Positions 51,601-64,000 of a stretch of DNA of 64,000 bases are shown piece after piece. Source of the stretch: Dimorphilus gyrociliatus (lineage: Eukaryota > Animalia > Annelida); the NCBI GenBank assembly GCA_904063045.1, contig CAJFCJ010000016.1:682001-746000 (forward strand), written 5' to 3'. The notes below the pieces were generated by a model. The model ran no database searches and was not told the origin of the DNA. It saw only the letters and a list, made by a program, of their open reading frames with translations. Position 1 is the first letter of the stretch. Every line of letters starts with the position of its first letter. Made by a program: the position numbers and the translations under genes.

Positions 51601-54600
51601 ATGTATTTACTAATATACATATTTATATATGCAATGTATATATCTATATATATATATTAGTTTATAGTGTATATGTAATGGAAAAAGTTGGTTCCAGTTA
51701 GAGTTGTTCTCCAACGGAAATTCCTGTTTAAATAGATTTTACCGGAAATTTATTATTTTCTCAAGTTTTCCGTTTCCCTTAGCTACAATAGAATCCTTTA
51801 TGCCTTATCAGAATGATAAGGAAGAAGAAAAAAACGAAATTGTATAGGGGAATAAATTGATGAGTGATTAAAAATGAAATACACGACCAATAGATTATGA
51901 AGGAGAGCGAATACATGTAAACAGTATATGTTGTATATCTAGAGCATAAACATCATATACAATATAACAACACAAACGTTAAAAACAACTGGAAAAAAGA
52001 AGAGAAGAGAAAGAGAAGAAGAAAAAGAATAAAGGGAATAGAAGACGTCTAGTCAACTCCCATAATGGAAAAATAAAGCAAATGAAATACTATGTTGTAT
52101 TGTTAAACATTTTCCAGAAAAATGTTAACTAGGACATAAGAAAAAAATTTTAGTTTGATTTAATGTAGTCTTCGCTTGAGGTAGCAAATTTAAAACAAGA
52201 AAACAGAGATAATTGGTTTATAATGGGGCCAACCTTTAATAATGAAGTATTTGATAATATACTTTACGTATCTTTTAGTAGGTGGAAAGCTAAATGCTTA
52301 ACTATCTATATTATCTTAGATACGGATTATACAATAAACATTAATGGAGTAAATAGTAAAATTTTTTGAGGGTAATATCTTTCTATTAGTTTTAATGTTG
52401 TTCTGCTTATAATTTCTGTACTTGCTCTTTTTATCTCTCAAGCATTAGATATTTCAGAATGATTTATACTTAGCAATTCCCTGCCCTACTATCATTTTTT
52501 CATAAAAACTTTTCAGATTCGTCGATAATTCTTATTCAACATCTAAAAAGCGTCTACAGCTTGCGGGAATCATAAATTGTGTCTCCTAAATTTAGATGAT
52601 CTTAAAAGGCCTAGATATTTCACCCTTTGGCCTTGATTTAACCAATGAAAAAAGCATTGGACTCCATCTCTTTTAGATTTCTTATTGTTGTGCAATACGA
52701 GAACATCATTCATAATAATTTAAGGCGTATGATTTTATCTTCAGCAGGAATGATTACCGTTAAAGATTCTCTTTTTTCTCCATCTTTGCCCCAAAATTCA
52801 TGCTAAACCTTTTTAAAGGATTTTATTATATTGTATACAAACTGTTCATTCCTCTTCCCTTCTACAAAAGTTTATCTATAAATCTGTCTATCTTTCTGTT
52901 ACTAGTATAGACACTAGATGGTTTACTCTGAAATCGTATAGAGGGCACTATTAAAAAATATTTACTTTAAAATAAATTGACACTAATTAGATTTGTCTGT
53001 AAATCCATTAATTCCTATAATCCTGATTGAGATGTTTTTTAATATTTATGCCTTTCTTTAGTTTCAGTTAAACCTGTAAATCTGTATAATAAATTTATTT
53101 TTAGTTCAATCTTCGTTATTGCACGATTTCAAAAGAATTATTTGAAATAGAGAGGATAGTGTAAGATAAATTTTACTCTACTAGTCCAGAACATTAAACA
53201 GCAGGAATTACCTTTTCGAAAGGTTATCGATAAGGAGAAGAAGCTCTAAAGATAGTAATATCGATAAAGACACGTGATACAGCATCATCTATTTTATAAG
53301 AAACTTAGGCTAGTTATTCAAATGATTGATAACAAGTGGGGGATTTTAGAGGAGAGAGAGAGAGAGAGAGAGAATATAATCTAACTTTTTACAGAATTCA
53401 AAATATATTGAATGAAGAGAAAGATATTTTTTCAATAAAAGACTTTTGTTAAAGAGAAGAAAAGAGAAAAGGGAGAAATTAAATGAAAAAAGAATACTGT
53501 CTTTATTTTATTCTCGTAAGAGTCTCAAGGAGAATAAGAAATTAGCATTATAATATGCATAAAGTCTCTCATTCTACTGACAGACGTATACCTTTTTTTG
53601 TTTGAATTTTCTAAGAGGATTAATGAATATTCATAAAATAATTTAATAAATAATCATTTAATTTAGAACAGTAAGTTTAACTATATTAAGCGTTACTTTA
53701 TAGTATTATGATTGATTAAGGAAGCGTCACGTTGCGCACTTAATTGTATAATGTGCCTCTTAACGCTTCAGTACATAACGTAATTTATCAACAGGTAGTC
53801 ATAGGTTCTTATAATCCATAAATTGAATTTTTACCGAGATTACCATCAATTAGTATCAGAGAGGAATCTTAAAATGTAGAAATTTTTGTGACCTTTTTAT
53901 GTCCTTCTTTTCCATCATCAATTAGTTTTATAATTAATAGAGCATATAGAAAGAGGATAAAAAAAGACTTCGTAGATTGTAATTTCTGTCTTAACGTTTC
54001 TCTTTTTTTTTCTCTTTCGTTCTTTTAATTACATTACATTTTAGAAACAAGAAAAGACATAGAACATAGGAGGGAAGACAATACTGAAAGATAGGGAACG
54101 AGAAAATTGATAGAAAGAATGGAAGAGAGATAGAAATTAAGGAAATTAAAAAAGATGAATTTATTAAAATCTTAATGGTATTAATATTAATGCTATAGGC
54201 GATAATTTCTATTTAATACGTTAATAACATAAGAAACTTATTTTTGGACGAGTCTTTTAACAGTTTGCAACGAATTGTAGGAAGTATTGTCGATATTTAT
54301 CAACAGGAAATTTTTAATAATGCAATTCCACTAATGGTGAGCTACTTTTGATTGTCTTGTAATTAGTAAACAATTTATAAAGATAAGAGACTCAAATTAC
54401 AGGCTAACAACTGGGAAATTTATGCTTCAATTGTATTTTTCGTAAAGTAATCACCTACAAGATTTCTAAGAATTATAAATAGTCCTAGGTAAAGATGGTT
54501 ATTCATATTACTGATATTTAAAGTTAGTATTAAAGCAGAAACTTTAAGTATCTCAGCCCTTTTCAAAGCCATTAGTCATTTAGTAAAGTTTAATTGAAAA

Positions 54601-55159
54601 TTAAACAATGAGAATGTACTTCTTTCTCTCTTTATTTCTCTATTTCCTCCTCTCTTTCATTATCTATCTATCACTATCAATCTTTGTATCTAACCGTCTC
54701 TCTTCGTTTTCGCTTTTTTTTTGGTTTTTTATTCAAATTATAAACTTAGTTCTCCAAACAAAAAAAGAACTGATCTCTTTGGTAATCATATAACAAATAA
54801 CAAAAAACAGGATGATAAACAACTTCCTTTAGAGCTTTTAAACTTCAAAGTACCAAAGCGATTAGCAGGTTTAATTCTCTCTTCTTTCTCGGAATTATAT
54901 TTATAAAAAATAAAGTTGAAATCAAAGAGTATCAGTTAAAAATTCTTAATAACAATAACGAAAAATCAATAAAAATTCAAGTTAAGTTTCATGAATATGC
55001 GCAGTAGAGGAAGAGGAGTTAATGCATATATAAAAATAGCAATCTTTTTTAAGATGTACTCAAGTTAACAGGAATTTTATTAATAATTAACAAAGAATTG
55101 ACTGACCAAACTAGAATTCGGATGAGTAATAATAAATGAACGTTGAAGAGAGTAGCGGT

Positions 55160-55196
<37 letters not shown>

Positions 55197-56742
55197 TATC
55201 GTAGAAATTCTCACTACTTTTATAAGATAATAGTTGAAATTTCCTTTGAAGATTATTGACAACGTGAAAACATTTAGCGCTAAAAATTTACCTTCAAGAC
55301 AACCCTGAATTATACAGATATAAAAAGAGTAAGAAGGCTCTTCTCTTTGAATCCTTGAAAATAAATGGGAAATTTAATTATTTGATTAGGTATAAATGTT
55401 GAATATGTGTAAAAAAGAAAAGAAATATAAATCTTTTAGCTATCTTCTTCTTTTTCTCTTCGTGTTCCTGTCGAGGATTGTAAACTTTCAATATGAGACG
55501 GAAGGTTTTATTCAATATCATATTATATTAGTAAAAAGTCTATTTGCAGAATATGTAAAACGAAAGCAGAGAGAGGACAGATATAGAGAGTGAGTAGGGA
55601 AGTTGGAAAGGAAGACCTAGGGTGAGAGAATATAAAGATACATAGTATCATTTTTTTCAAGACAAATGAAGATAATTCACACAAAAAATTATCAGTTTCT
55701 AGATTCTTAATAAAGAGAAATTAATATGTAAAATGTTAAAAATAAATGCCAAGTTAACTGACTTGTAATTTAAAATAATGTGGTTTTCTTTTGAAATACT
55801 AAATTATATATAGATTTTTCTTTGTAACATAAAAAATGCTTATTAATATAACATTAAAGAGAAAGAAATAGTTTATCAAGCAGAGAGAGAGAGAGAGAGA
55901 GAAAGGCAGAGAGACAGAGAAACAGAAAGGTGGATGAGGGGAAGCTGCTTTTTCTGACTTGTAAGGATTATTTTTGCTAATTTTATTAATACGCGTAATA
56001 AACAATGATATCTTTTTCATTTATAATGCCAATATTTGAAATAAATCACTTTATTTAACTTAATCATATTGAAGAGAAAAACCATTAATCATTAAAGAAT
56101 TTTACAAAGTTCAATTAGCAGTGGTACTTTTTTTCTAATTTTTATAATAGAGGATAAGAAAGCAGAGATTATACTAAGGTGATAACTTAATGATTGTAAG
56201 ATATGTAGATTTCAGTAATTATTGATAATAGTACGAAAAAGAGAGGGGGAGGAGGGGGAGGAAGAAGAGAAAAAACAGAGGGAAAAAAACAGAGAAAGTA
56301 AAAGAAGAAATAAAGAATTATGAACATTTGATATAAACGTAGAAAAGCAGACACCGATAGTTGTCACAAGTTAAATCCAAAAAAAACATAATTATCAATA
56401 GTTTGTTTCTTTTATACATCAATAAGCTTCTATAATTATATCATTAATTAAAAATCTTGCCACTAAATTACTCTATATTTTTTGACTATCTTTATTATTT
56501 TTATAATATTATTTCTTTCGTGATCACTTTCTTTCACTTAATCAATATTAGTGATATACTCTTACATAAGACTCTCTACGATATACAGAGGAACTGGACA
56601 AAATAGATTAAGATTATTCCTATTCCATAGTATAAGAGTGTTGTTTTTTTATTTATAATCCGGCATACTATATGAATATAAAGGGATATACTGTATTAAT
56701 AGACTAATACGAAAATCTCTTATTTCTCGATATATACATATA

Positions 56743-56772
56743 TTAGGATCAACCTGAAAGTTTTACCCGTTT
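56743..56772 (+). repeat. Mariner terminal inverted repeat (left)
   Basis: 30/30 reverse-complement match to 57343-57372; preceded by TA at 56741-56742. Confidence 0.95.
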
Positions 56773-57342
56773 GTGTCTTACAGCTAAAAAACAAATTACA
56801 TAATATGTTTAGTCATAAATATTAATTAATGTCTTAGGTATGTCTATATAGCTTCGAATTCCCCATTATTGTCAATGCATGTTTGCCACCTGGCGGGAAG
56901 CATATCAATTCCTTTGGCAAAGTATTCAGGCTGTTTGGACCTTCTAGGTGAATAAGCCCTTCCCAGTTCCAAAACACACTTGCCATCAATTTGTCTGCAG
57001 ACGTACCTGTCTTAACCTTTTTTGGTGGTGGAGAAAACTTTGTATGATACTCTAAAGAAGCTCTTTTAGTCAATGGTTCATGATAGAATACCCATGTTAC
57101 TAAAAAAAAGCTTTCAGTTGCCTGTGAATATTGATTGCAATAACTTGCTGTGATGCAAGAAATTGAATAATTACTCTCTGCTTTATACAATCATTCATAC
57201 CATGACACCACTGAAGTCTCAATAACTTTTCATTTAGGGATCACAAGTTGTGAAAGTTTTTTAGTGATAGGGCATTAATGAATTCACTTTCTATTAATAT
57301 TGATAACATAGGCCTACAATGCACTGTTTTAAAATTACAGGG

Positions 57343-57372
57343 AAACGGGTAAAACTTTCAGGTTGATCCTAA
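57343..57372 (-). repeat. Mariner terminal inverted repeat (right)
   Basis: 30/30 reverse-complement match to 56743-56772; followed by TA at 57373-57374. Confidence 0.95.
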
Positions 57373-60300
57373 TATATATATATATATATAAAGCATACGT
57401 AATAAATCAATTACTATTTCTATTTCTTATAAAAGTTTATTAATAAAATGTATCATTATTTTCGTATTTCTTATAATTGTTTATAAATGTATTGTTGCTT
57501 GTTTTTAACGATCTATTTTTGACTTTGACTGTATTCATATATACAGTATATATATTTAAATACAGTAAATTTATATATAAATATAGAAAGGGTCAAGGTT
57601 AAAAAACACAACAGACTTTAAAATGACAAATGTTTTTACATATAAACTGATAGTAATAATAAGAATAATTGGAATATTAAGAATGTTTAACAATAAGAGT
57701 CTCTCTTTTGCACATCTACTCTGAAATGTTTCCTGCACTGAAGAGGAAAGCATCACTCGTACTGCAATACTCATTATTAAATAACACCCAATTATGAATT
57801 TCTTTTGAAAGTAATTTGTAATTTACACTTCATACTGTCTTTAATAGTACTTTGTATCATTGAATAACTGCTAACATTTCGAAATTCCATCGTCATTGTT
57901 TTTATTATAAGTGATGCTTCTCATTAGCGTTTTTTACAATCTATTTTTAGTCCTATGCTATAAGGAATTTTTTCATACTTTACATAGAAAACACATCGTT
58001 TAAGTCGAGTTAAATATAGCAAAATGTAATTCGGAATGAAATACGAAGAGAATAGGAGAGAGAAAAGGGAAAAGAAAAAACTTATTCATTTATATAAACT
58101 GATATCAATTTTACTAAAATGATATATAAAGGAGAAAGTAGAAGATTGTAATACATATAACGGAATATACTACTAACATACACTACTGTCTTTTTTATAC
58201 CTTACGTCATCATTAACCTTGATTCACAAGATTTACAATTTATACATATCTTTTGATTTAGTTTTTTAAGTCTTGTTATAATATTTTAAAGGCATATAAA
58301 TGAAAGAAATAAATAAGATACTTTACTTGGAAATGACAAATTCCTCTTCAAATAGTGGTGTAAAGATAAACAATACTCTGTGTGTATGTGTGACTGTCCT
58401 TTCTTCTCTTCCTACTCCTTTATATTTATTTATTTATTTATTTATTTGGATTTTTTGTATGGCTAATAATATATATAGTATTACAATCTATATATGGTTG
58501 TTGACTAGTTCTTTTAATGAAGAAAATTAAAACTAATAAGTCAAACATAATTAAAGTTTCTCTAAAAAGCAAAAACAAAATAGCAAAATTGGAAAAAAAT
58601 TATGGGAATATGTTAGATTTTATAAGGAAATAAGAGTGTGCTTATTGTATTTAAGAACGTACGGGTAACTACGATTTAATTCTCTTTAAATTAGCTTCAA
58701 ATCACTCTAATTATAAAATGTGTTTTTCGTTAGTAAGGTATCTTATAATGTGATATTTTATGCTTTTCATTTTTTGTTTGTTAACACTGAAAGCATAGGT
58801 ATCAACGTTTAGTGTTTCGTATACTATCCTACTTGACTAGGCTGATAATATCCGATTAAAAAGTAGGTTACTTGAACTTTTCAATAGTTAATAATATATT
58901 ATATACTGTATGTAGATACAGGAGCACTTTGATAAATACAGTTGGCGAGTTGTTATTTAAAAGGATTTTCAAAGTAGAAATAACTCAAAGAAACCTTTAG
59001 GTGTTCGTCACCTATCCTAAGGAGAAGACTGTATAAAATGTATATAAAGTATATATATACACCTTATAATTTTGTTGATATCTTTATAAACCCATTAGTA
59101 AAACATACCAGGCTACATATGATAATTCAGAACATTCTTCCTTCTAATCCCCTTCTTTGCTCAATTCGTTCTCCTATTTTTGTATTATTGTCTACTAATG
59201 CGAAAATATTTCTTCTACATTCCCTTATTATCATTTGTTTATCCTTTTGCACTTTGACTTCTCCATTAAATGTCCCAAAGGATACTATTTTTAATAGAAC
59301 GAAATAGAGTAAAGAGAAGATATTTTGTTTTAGCTAAAATTCTCAACTCATGTTTATGAATCATAGAGTTTGTAAAAATAGAAAACAAAACATCGAGCTA
59401 AACAAACAAACGTTACGGAGAGATAATTTAATAAGAAAGCCCTGTAGGAAAACTATTCAATGAATATAGTTAGAAGAGGAAGAACATAGTTTAAATAAAG
59501 AAATTATGGTGGAAAGTGTAGGAGAAAATAAAAAGAAAAAAAAGAACTGATTTTAATAGAACAAGATACGTAAAGAAACGGCGTACAATGACTAATGTAA
59601 ATGAGGAAATCTCTTTTATCTAATAGAAATTCAATCGTAAGCATGTATACTTTAAATAAGTATATGGTAATACGATGTTTATAAATGATCTACTTTCATA
59701 TGTTACCCTTAACACATTTATATCTTATATATCGTTATTACTACGGTACTAAGGGCTCATTGTGAAAATTATTAACCGTTAATTAATTACATATACTTTT
59801 TACTTTTACTTTTTTTTATTCAGGTTAATTTATGTTTCTACTATGTAAGAATTGTTATTACATTATATTTTCAATATGATAATAAGCCGATAGAGAACAA
59901 AGCAAGAATATAGGTTATTATTTTGGGGGATTTACGTTATATGTGCTACTCCTTTAGTAATTCACTCTTTCAGTCTCATTTCCCAGACTCTCCCCACTCC
60001 CTCTCCTGTCTCTGTCACTCTGCCTCTTCAAGCAAGTATTTGACAAATTAAAGCATATAACCTGTACACGGTGCTTTTGTAAAAAAAAACAAATAAATGC
60101 TGGAAAACGGTCTAAATCCAACTGTTGATAGAAAATAGAAATCATTAAATAATTGCAGCTTTTCTAATAGAGTACAATAGTGGATAATATGCATATATAC
60201 ACACATATATATATATATATATATATATGTACTGTATATGTATAAAAGTATCTTTTATACCAAATCATTGTTATTTATTTGATGGGAAAATAGTAGATTC

Positions 60301-61394
60301 TTATTGCCTATTTAGTAGATATGTTCGATATAATGGATCTAATAGAAACTAGAACTGCACTCTTATTCTTAATTATTATAAATCCATTTTTTTTCAGTTA
60401 ATAATAAAAAAGAAACTACAGTAAAGTGTAAAATTTGTGAGTGATGTGCTTTATAAATAAGCATAATGAGTAAATTTTTTACAATAATTAGGACAACTGT
60501 CTTGAGAATTAATAATTTGAACTGACAACATAAGAGAAATATTTATATTAATTATTTTATTTATTAATTAGTGCAATATTTTGCCATACCTTTGCTGATT
60601 TTTTATATTTTAGAATTTTGCATCCTAATACACTGATTAATAAGCAACTCATACAATTGTCTTGTATTTATATTGTATATACGATATAAATACATTATTA
60701 TATACTATCAAGTACGAACAGTGGATACCTATAGTACCGTATTTGAAACACTTCTTAATAAACCTTTAAAATATATTACATAAGTAGTATATAATGTAGA
60801 AAAGTTAGCCTTAGCATTTTTTCAATTAAAAACTATAATAGTACAAGAAAGAAGAAATACTATAGACTATAATAAATAAAGTAGAAGGAAGACTGTAACC
60901 TTATCTAAATATGTATACTTCTATCATGTTCTCTTTCCTTTATTTCTTACTACGTCAGCTGTTGTGAGCAACTTTACATTTCCATGAAAATAATTAGTAG
61001 AACGAATAGTTTCTTGTGAAACAGAAGACGTTAGAAAATACTAAATAAACAACTTTTCGATACAGGTAAACAAATAAATAAGCTAAAGAAGAAGAAGAAG
61101 AAGAAGAAGAGAAAACTATAAATACTCTCTATACAGACAAACTTTAAATATCAATGTATTACTTTATTTGCATATTATACATAAGAAATCATATTAATAA
61201 AATATAAGTGTGTATTATGAGCTTAAACAGCGTGATCAAGTGTCATTAATAATCATGCATGTATACAATATTTTTGATATCAATCTTTTATATTTTTTAT
61301 ATATATAAATATATATACTGTATTTGTAAATATGTATCGTATCATGAATTTCGTATTAAAAAAAACATAGATAAATACAGAACAAAAGAGAACT

Positions 61395-61426
<32 letters not shown>

Positions 61427-61970
61427 ATTTATAAAATGCATAATAATATGAGATAATAGTCAAATTTGCCTCATTTATAAAGCAATATTATGCAATTGTA
61501 CGAGAGACATTGATATTCATTTTTCTTCATAGCTTTTTTTTATCATAGTTTTATAGAAAATATACAGTAAAGAATCATAAAATTTCAATTAACTACTTTG
61601 AATTTAAAAGAGCAAAATTCAAAAATTATCATATAAAGAGAACTATTCAAGTAAACTTTATCCAAGATGTATCTGCATATATATGTATATACTGTTTTAA
61701 TAGTTCTTATTGTGTTTATTTCTTTTTCTTTATGTAAAAATAATATTCAATTCTCCTTAAATTTACAAAGTAAGATTTGCTAGTGAAAAGAAACAAAAGA
61801 TTTCCATACAACTGTGTTATATACAGTTTATACATAATATACACTTTGTTTAATAGTTATTAATATTTAAAATATTCTCAAAAGGCAAAGAGACAAAATT
61901 GGATAAGAAAAACATGAAATACCTTATAGTTTTTTTTTGTTTTAATACATAAAATAATGATATATAAAGA

Positions 61971-62011
<41 letters not shown>

Positions 62012-62059
62012 TTAAAAAAAAATACACAGGATAAAGTGAAAATGGAAGAAAAACCGGTT

Positions 62060-63094
62060 TCATAATTCAGTCGGCTTATTCCTCATTTTCTCAGTTTCTG
62101 ATTCTTTTCCTAAGCTTTTCCTTTGGCATGTTCGTAGCAATTGTATGGAACTTCGGCGATGATTTACATCAATTATTAAACAGAATAACGAATTGAATGA
62201 AAATTGTACGGTATTTGCCAAATTTGCTAAGCTTAATGAAAATCTAAATGCTAGGGAATATTCGTGATCGCATATTAAGAGATCAACTAAATCTAAAACC
62301 TCACTAGGCGTTGCCAAAATGGCAATCATCAAAGCCAGAACAATAGCCGCTATAAGAGCTCTTCTGGTAGCCTTCTTCGTCCTAGTACTTTTTGAAATGG
62401 AACATGTTCTTAATTGCTTAGTTATTAAAACAAAGCAAAAGCAGAGGATTACTAGTGGTATAAAAAATCCAATTGTTGACCAGGCTAATTTATATGCCAA
62501 CTGCTTGCTCTCTTGCTTAGATGCACCACTCTCTTTTGGGACTATTGTGGACCATTTTGTACCATTCGTATTATTCCATCTGTGCGACTGCTGTGTAAGA
62601 AAATCTGGAACGTGTCCTAAAACACAAATAAAGAAGAGCGTTAGAGTGGCCGCTGATAAATATCGAGGATGCACAATTATTGCTGCCAAGTCACTCCAAC
62701 AAATGCAGCAGTAATGGCATAGTACAATTAAAGTTGCCAATAGAACGGATAATCTGGATAGCATGTTCAACATTGCCGTACTATATAGGGCGTAGTAAAA
62801 TGTGAAATTCTTTTCTTCAAACCAAAACCGATTCGCGTCTTCGCTTGCTTTTGGTATGGCCATTATGCATATCAGAAAATTAGACATTGCCCAAGATGTT
62901 AAACAAATTAATAACGACCTCTCGATCGATATTCTAATATAAGAACTATGATTTGGCCATTTTTTTGAGCGTCTAGCCTCCTCCGAGAAAACTATACGCG
63001 ATGTGAATACAACAACGTTTAAGAAGTTTCCTAAGACGCCGCAACAGCTTATTAGAGGTATGGCAATATGATCAATAACATTAGTTCCCGTCAT
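62060..63094 (-). CDS. Divergent orphan class A GPCR (FMRFamide-receptor/B0563.6-like superfamily); an upstream coding exon is possible
   Basis: 344-aa ORF with seven hydrophobic segments. TM1 IPLISCCGVLGNFLNVVVF, IERSLL before TM2, TM6 ILATPSE, TM7 NLANTVQFSFN. The N-terminus before TM1 is very short, and an in-frame phase-1 acceptor (ttctcacag| at 63118) precedes the ATG. Confidence 0.8.
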   Translation of the reverse strand: MTGTNVIDHIAIPLISCCGVLGNFLNVVVFTSRIVFSEEARRSKKWPNHSSYIRISIERSLLICLTSWAMSNFLICIMAIPKASEDANRFWFEEKNFTFYYALYSTAMLNMLSRLSVLLATLIVLCHYCCICWSDLAAIIVHPRYLSAATLTLFFICVLGHVPDFLTQQSHRWNNTNGTKWSTIVPKESGASKQESKQLAYKLAWSTIGFFIPLVILCFCFVLITKQLRTCSISKSTRTKKATRRALIAAIVLALMIAILATPSEVLDLVDLLICDHEYSLAFRFSLSLANLANTVQFSFNSLFCLIIDVNHRRSSIQLLRTCQRKSLGKESETEKMRNKPTEL

Positions 63095-64000
63095 TAAAAT
63101 GTTTGAACCTCTTGAATCTGTGAGAAAAAAGAAAACTATAAATAAAATTGACTATATCTCTATTATCTAGACTATTTTTCAGTTGTGTTTCAAGTATATT
63201 TCTTTATCTTAACCATTTTAAAATGTCCCAGACGGTTAGGTGGTTTTTGTGTTGTTATTAATAATATATTGTTTTCAGTTCCGTAAACTTGCTATATATT
63301 GTCTATATTATGCTTAGAATAACAAGAGCTTAAAAACAATTTTGACAAAGATAAAAGAACAGAAAACAGTCTGAAATATGACCGCTTTCCTTTTCATTCC
63401 GATGAATAGCATTTGCTGGCGATCACTTATTTATTAAGTACAAAAACTTGGAATATTTTTAGATAACCATCACTATTGAAATAATATCAAAGATTTAAAA
63501 TTTCTCATATCAAACATCCAAAAGTTATTAAGGGATATTAAATGAAAATGACTTTATCCTTAGCATTAAACTCTTTATTTCCATGGCTATGTAAGCTATT
63601 AACATTCAAAGTATAAAAATGAGTATATCGATAAGAGGGAACGAGCGAAAGAGAGAGAGACAGAGACAGAGAAACGCTATCAAATGAAGATAAATCCTTT
63701 TCTCTCTCTCAAATGAATTTAATTTAAAATTATTTTGACATTAAAAGAATTCATATTTCTATAATCGGAACTAATTGGATGCAAGCATATATATTGTATA
63801 AATTATTTTACATTGTCAATATTGAAATACATCATGCAAAAAAACAGAAAATGAAAATTCTTTTGATTTCTATCGTTAATCCATAAGAATACTGTTGGAG
63901 TTGAAAGAGTATTTAAAAAAAAATATTGTACTTTCTACCTCTGCAAGTATCTTCGATTTTCGATTATCAATAAAATAAAATATAATAATCTAAAACTTTT

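Larger units (their letters stand above)
56743..57372 (-). mobile_element. Internally deleted, non-autonomous mariner element (630 bp)
   Basis: Perfect 30-bp TIRs TTAGGATCAACCTGAAAGTTTTACCCGTTT (56743-56772; reverse complement 57343-57372) flanked by TA on both sides. Transposase remnants: N-terminal MNDCIKQRVIIQFLASQQVIAINIHRQLK (ATG 57198), then in another frame TWVFYHEPLTKRASLEYH...SPPPKKVK...SADKLMASVFWNWEGLIHL. The catalytic DD34D region is missing. Confidence 0.93.

Noticed and set aside
52570-52720. Minus-strand NDVLVL...NKKSK...QCFF...VKYLG resembling the RT thumb region
   Set aside because: Only a KYLG-type motif in ~50 codons with no YxDD; possible TE relic but unsupported.
54234-54450. 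Two plus-strand open segments joined by a 66-bp GT-AG intron (…SFNSLQRIVGSIV…PLM|ANNWEIYAS…)
   Set aside because: No start codon or upstream exon in frame and no recognisable homology; likely chance.
1-64000. CRISPR arrays, rRNA, tRNA, prokaryotic operons or defence systems
   Set aside because: The sequence is intron-containing animal DNA. I saw no regularly spaced repeat-spacer arrays, tRNA cloverleafs or rRNA-like GC-rich blocks.

Overview
Eukaryotic, very AT-rich animal genomic DNA. It has spliceosomal introns (mostly 45-100 bp) and many (TA)n and (GA)n microsatellites. The gene content (period, DmsR-type peptide GPCR, B0563.6-like GPCR) suggests a compact protostome genome, most likely spiralian or annelid; this is inference. 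The first ~27 kb is gene dense: ataxin-7/Sgf73-like (-), period (+), fuzzy (-), a possible tiny unknown gene (+), and a large receptor guanylyl cyclase (-) with an unusual Ig-like-repeat + Venus-flytrap + 3xEGF ectodomain. These are followed by a small three-exon secreted Cys-rich prohormone-like gene (+) that the ORF track misses, and a myristoylated neuronal calcium sensor (-). The remaining ~37 kb is gene poor: a two-exon myosuppressin/myomodulin-receptor-like GPCR (-), a 630-bp internally deleted mariner with perfect 30-bp TIRs, and a divergent orphan GPCR (-). The most interesting lead is the adjacent trio of secreted disulfide-rich peptide, receptor guanylyl cyclase and GCAP/neurocalcin-like sensor, a candidate ligand-receptor-regulator cGMP module; this is a hypothesis only. 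I saw no rRNA, tRNA or CRISPR array. All gene models were assembled by eye from splice signals and reading phase, and family calls come from recalled motifs, not database searches.
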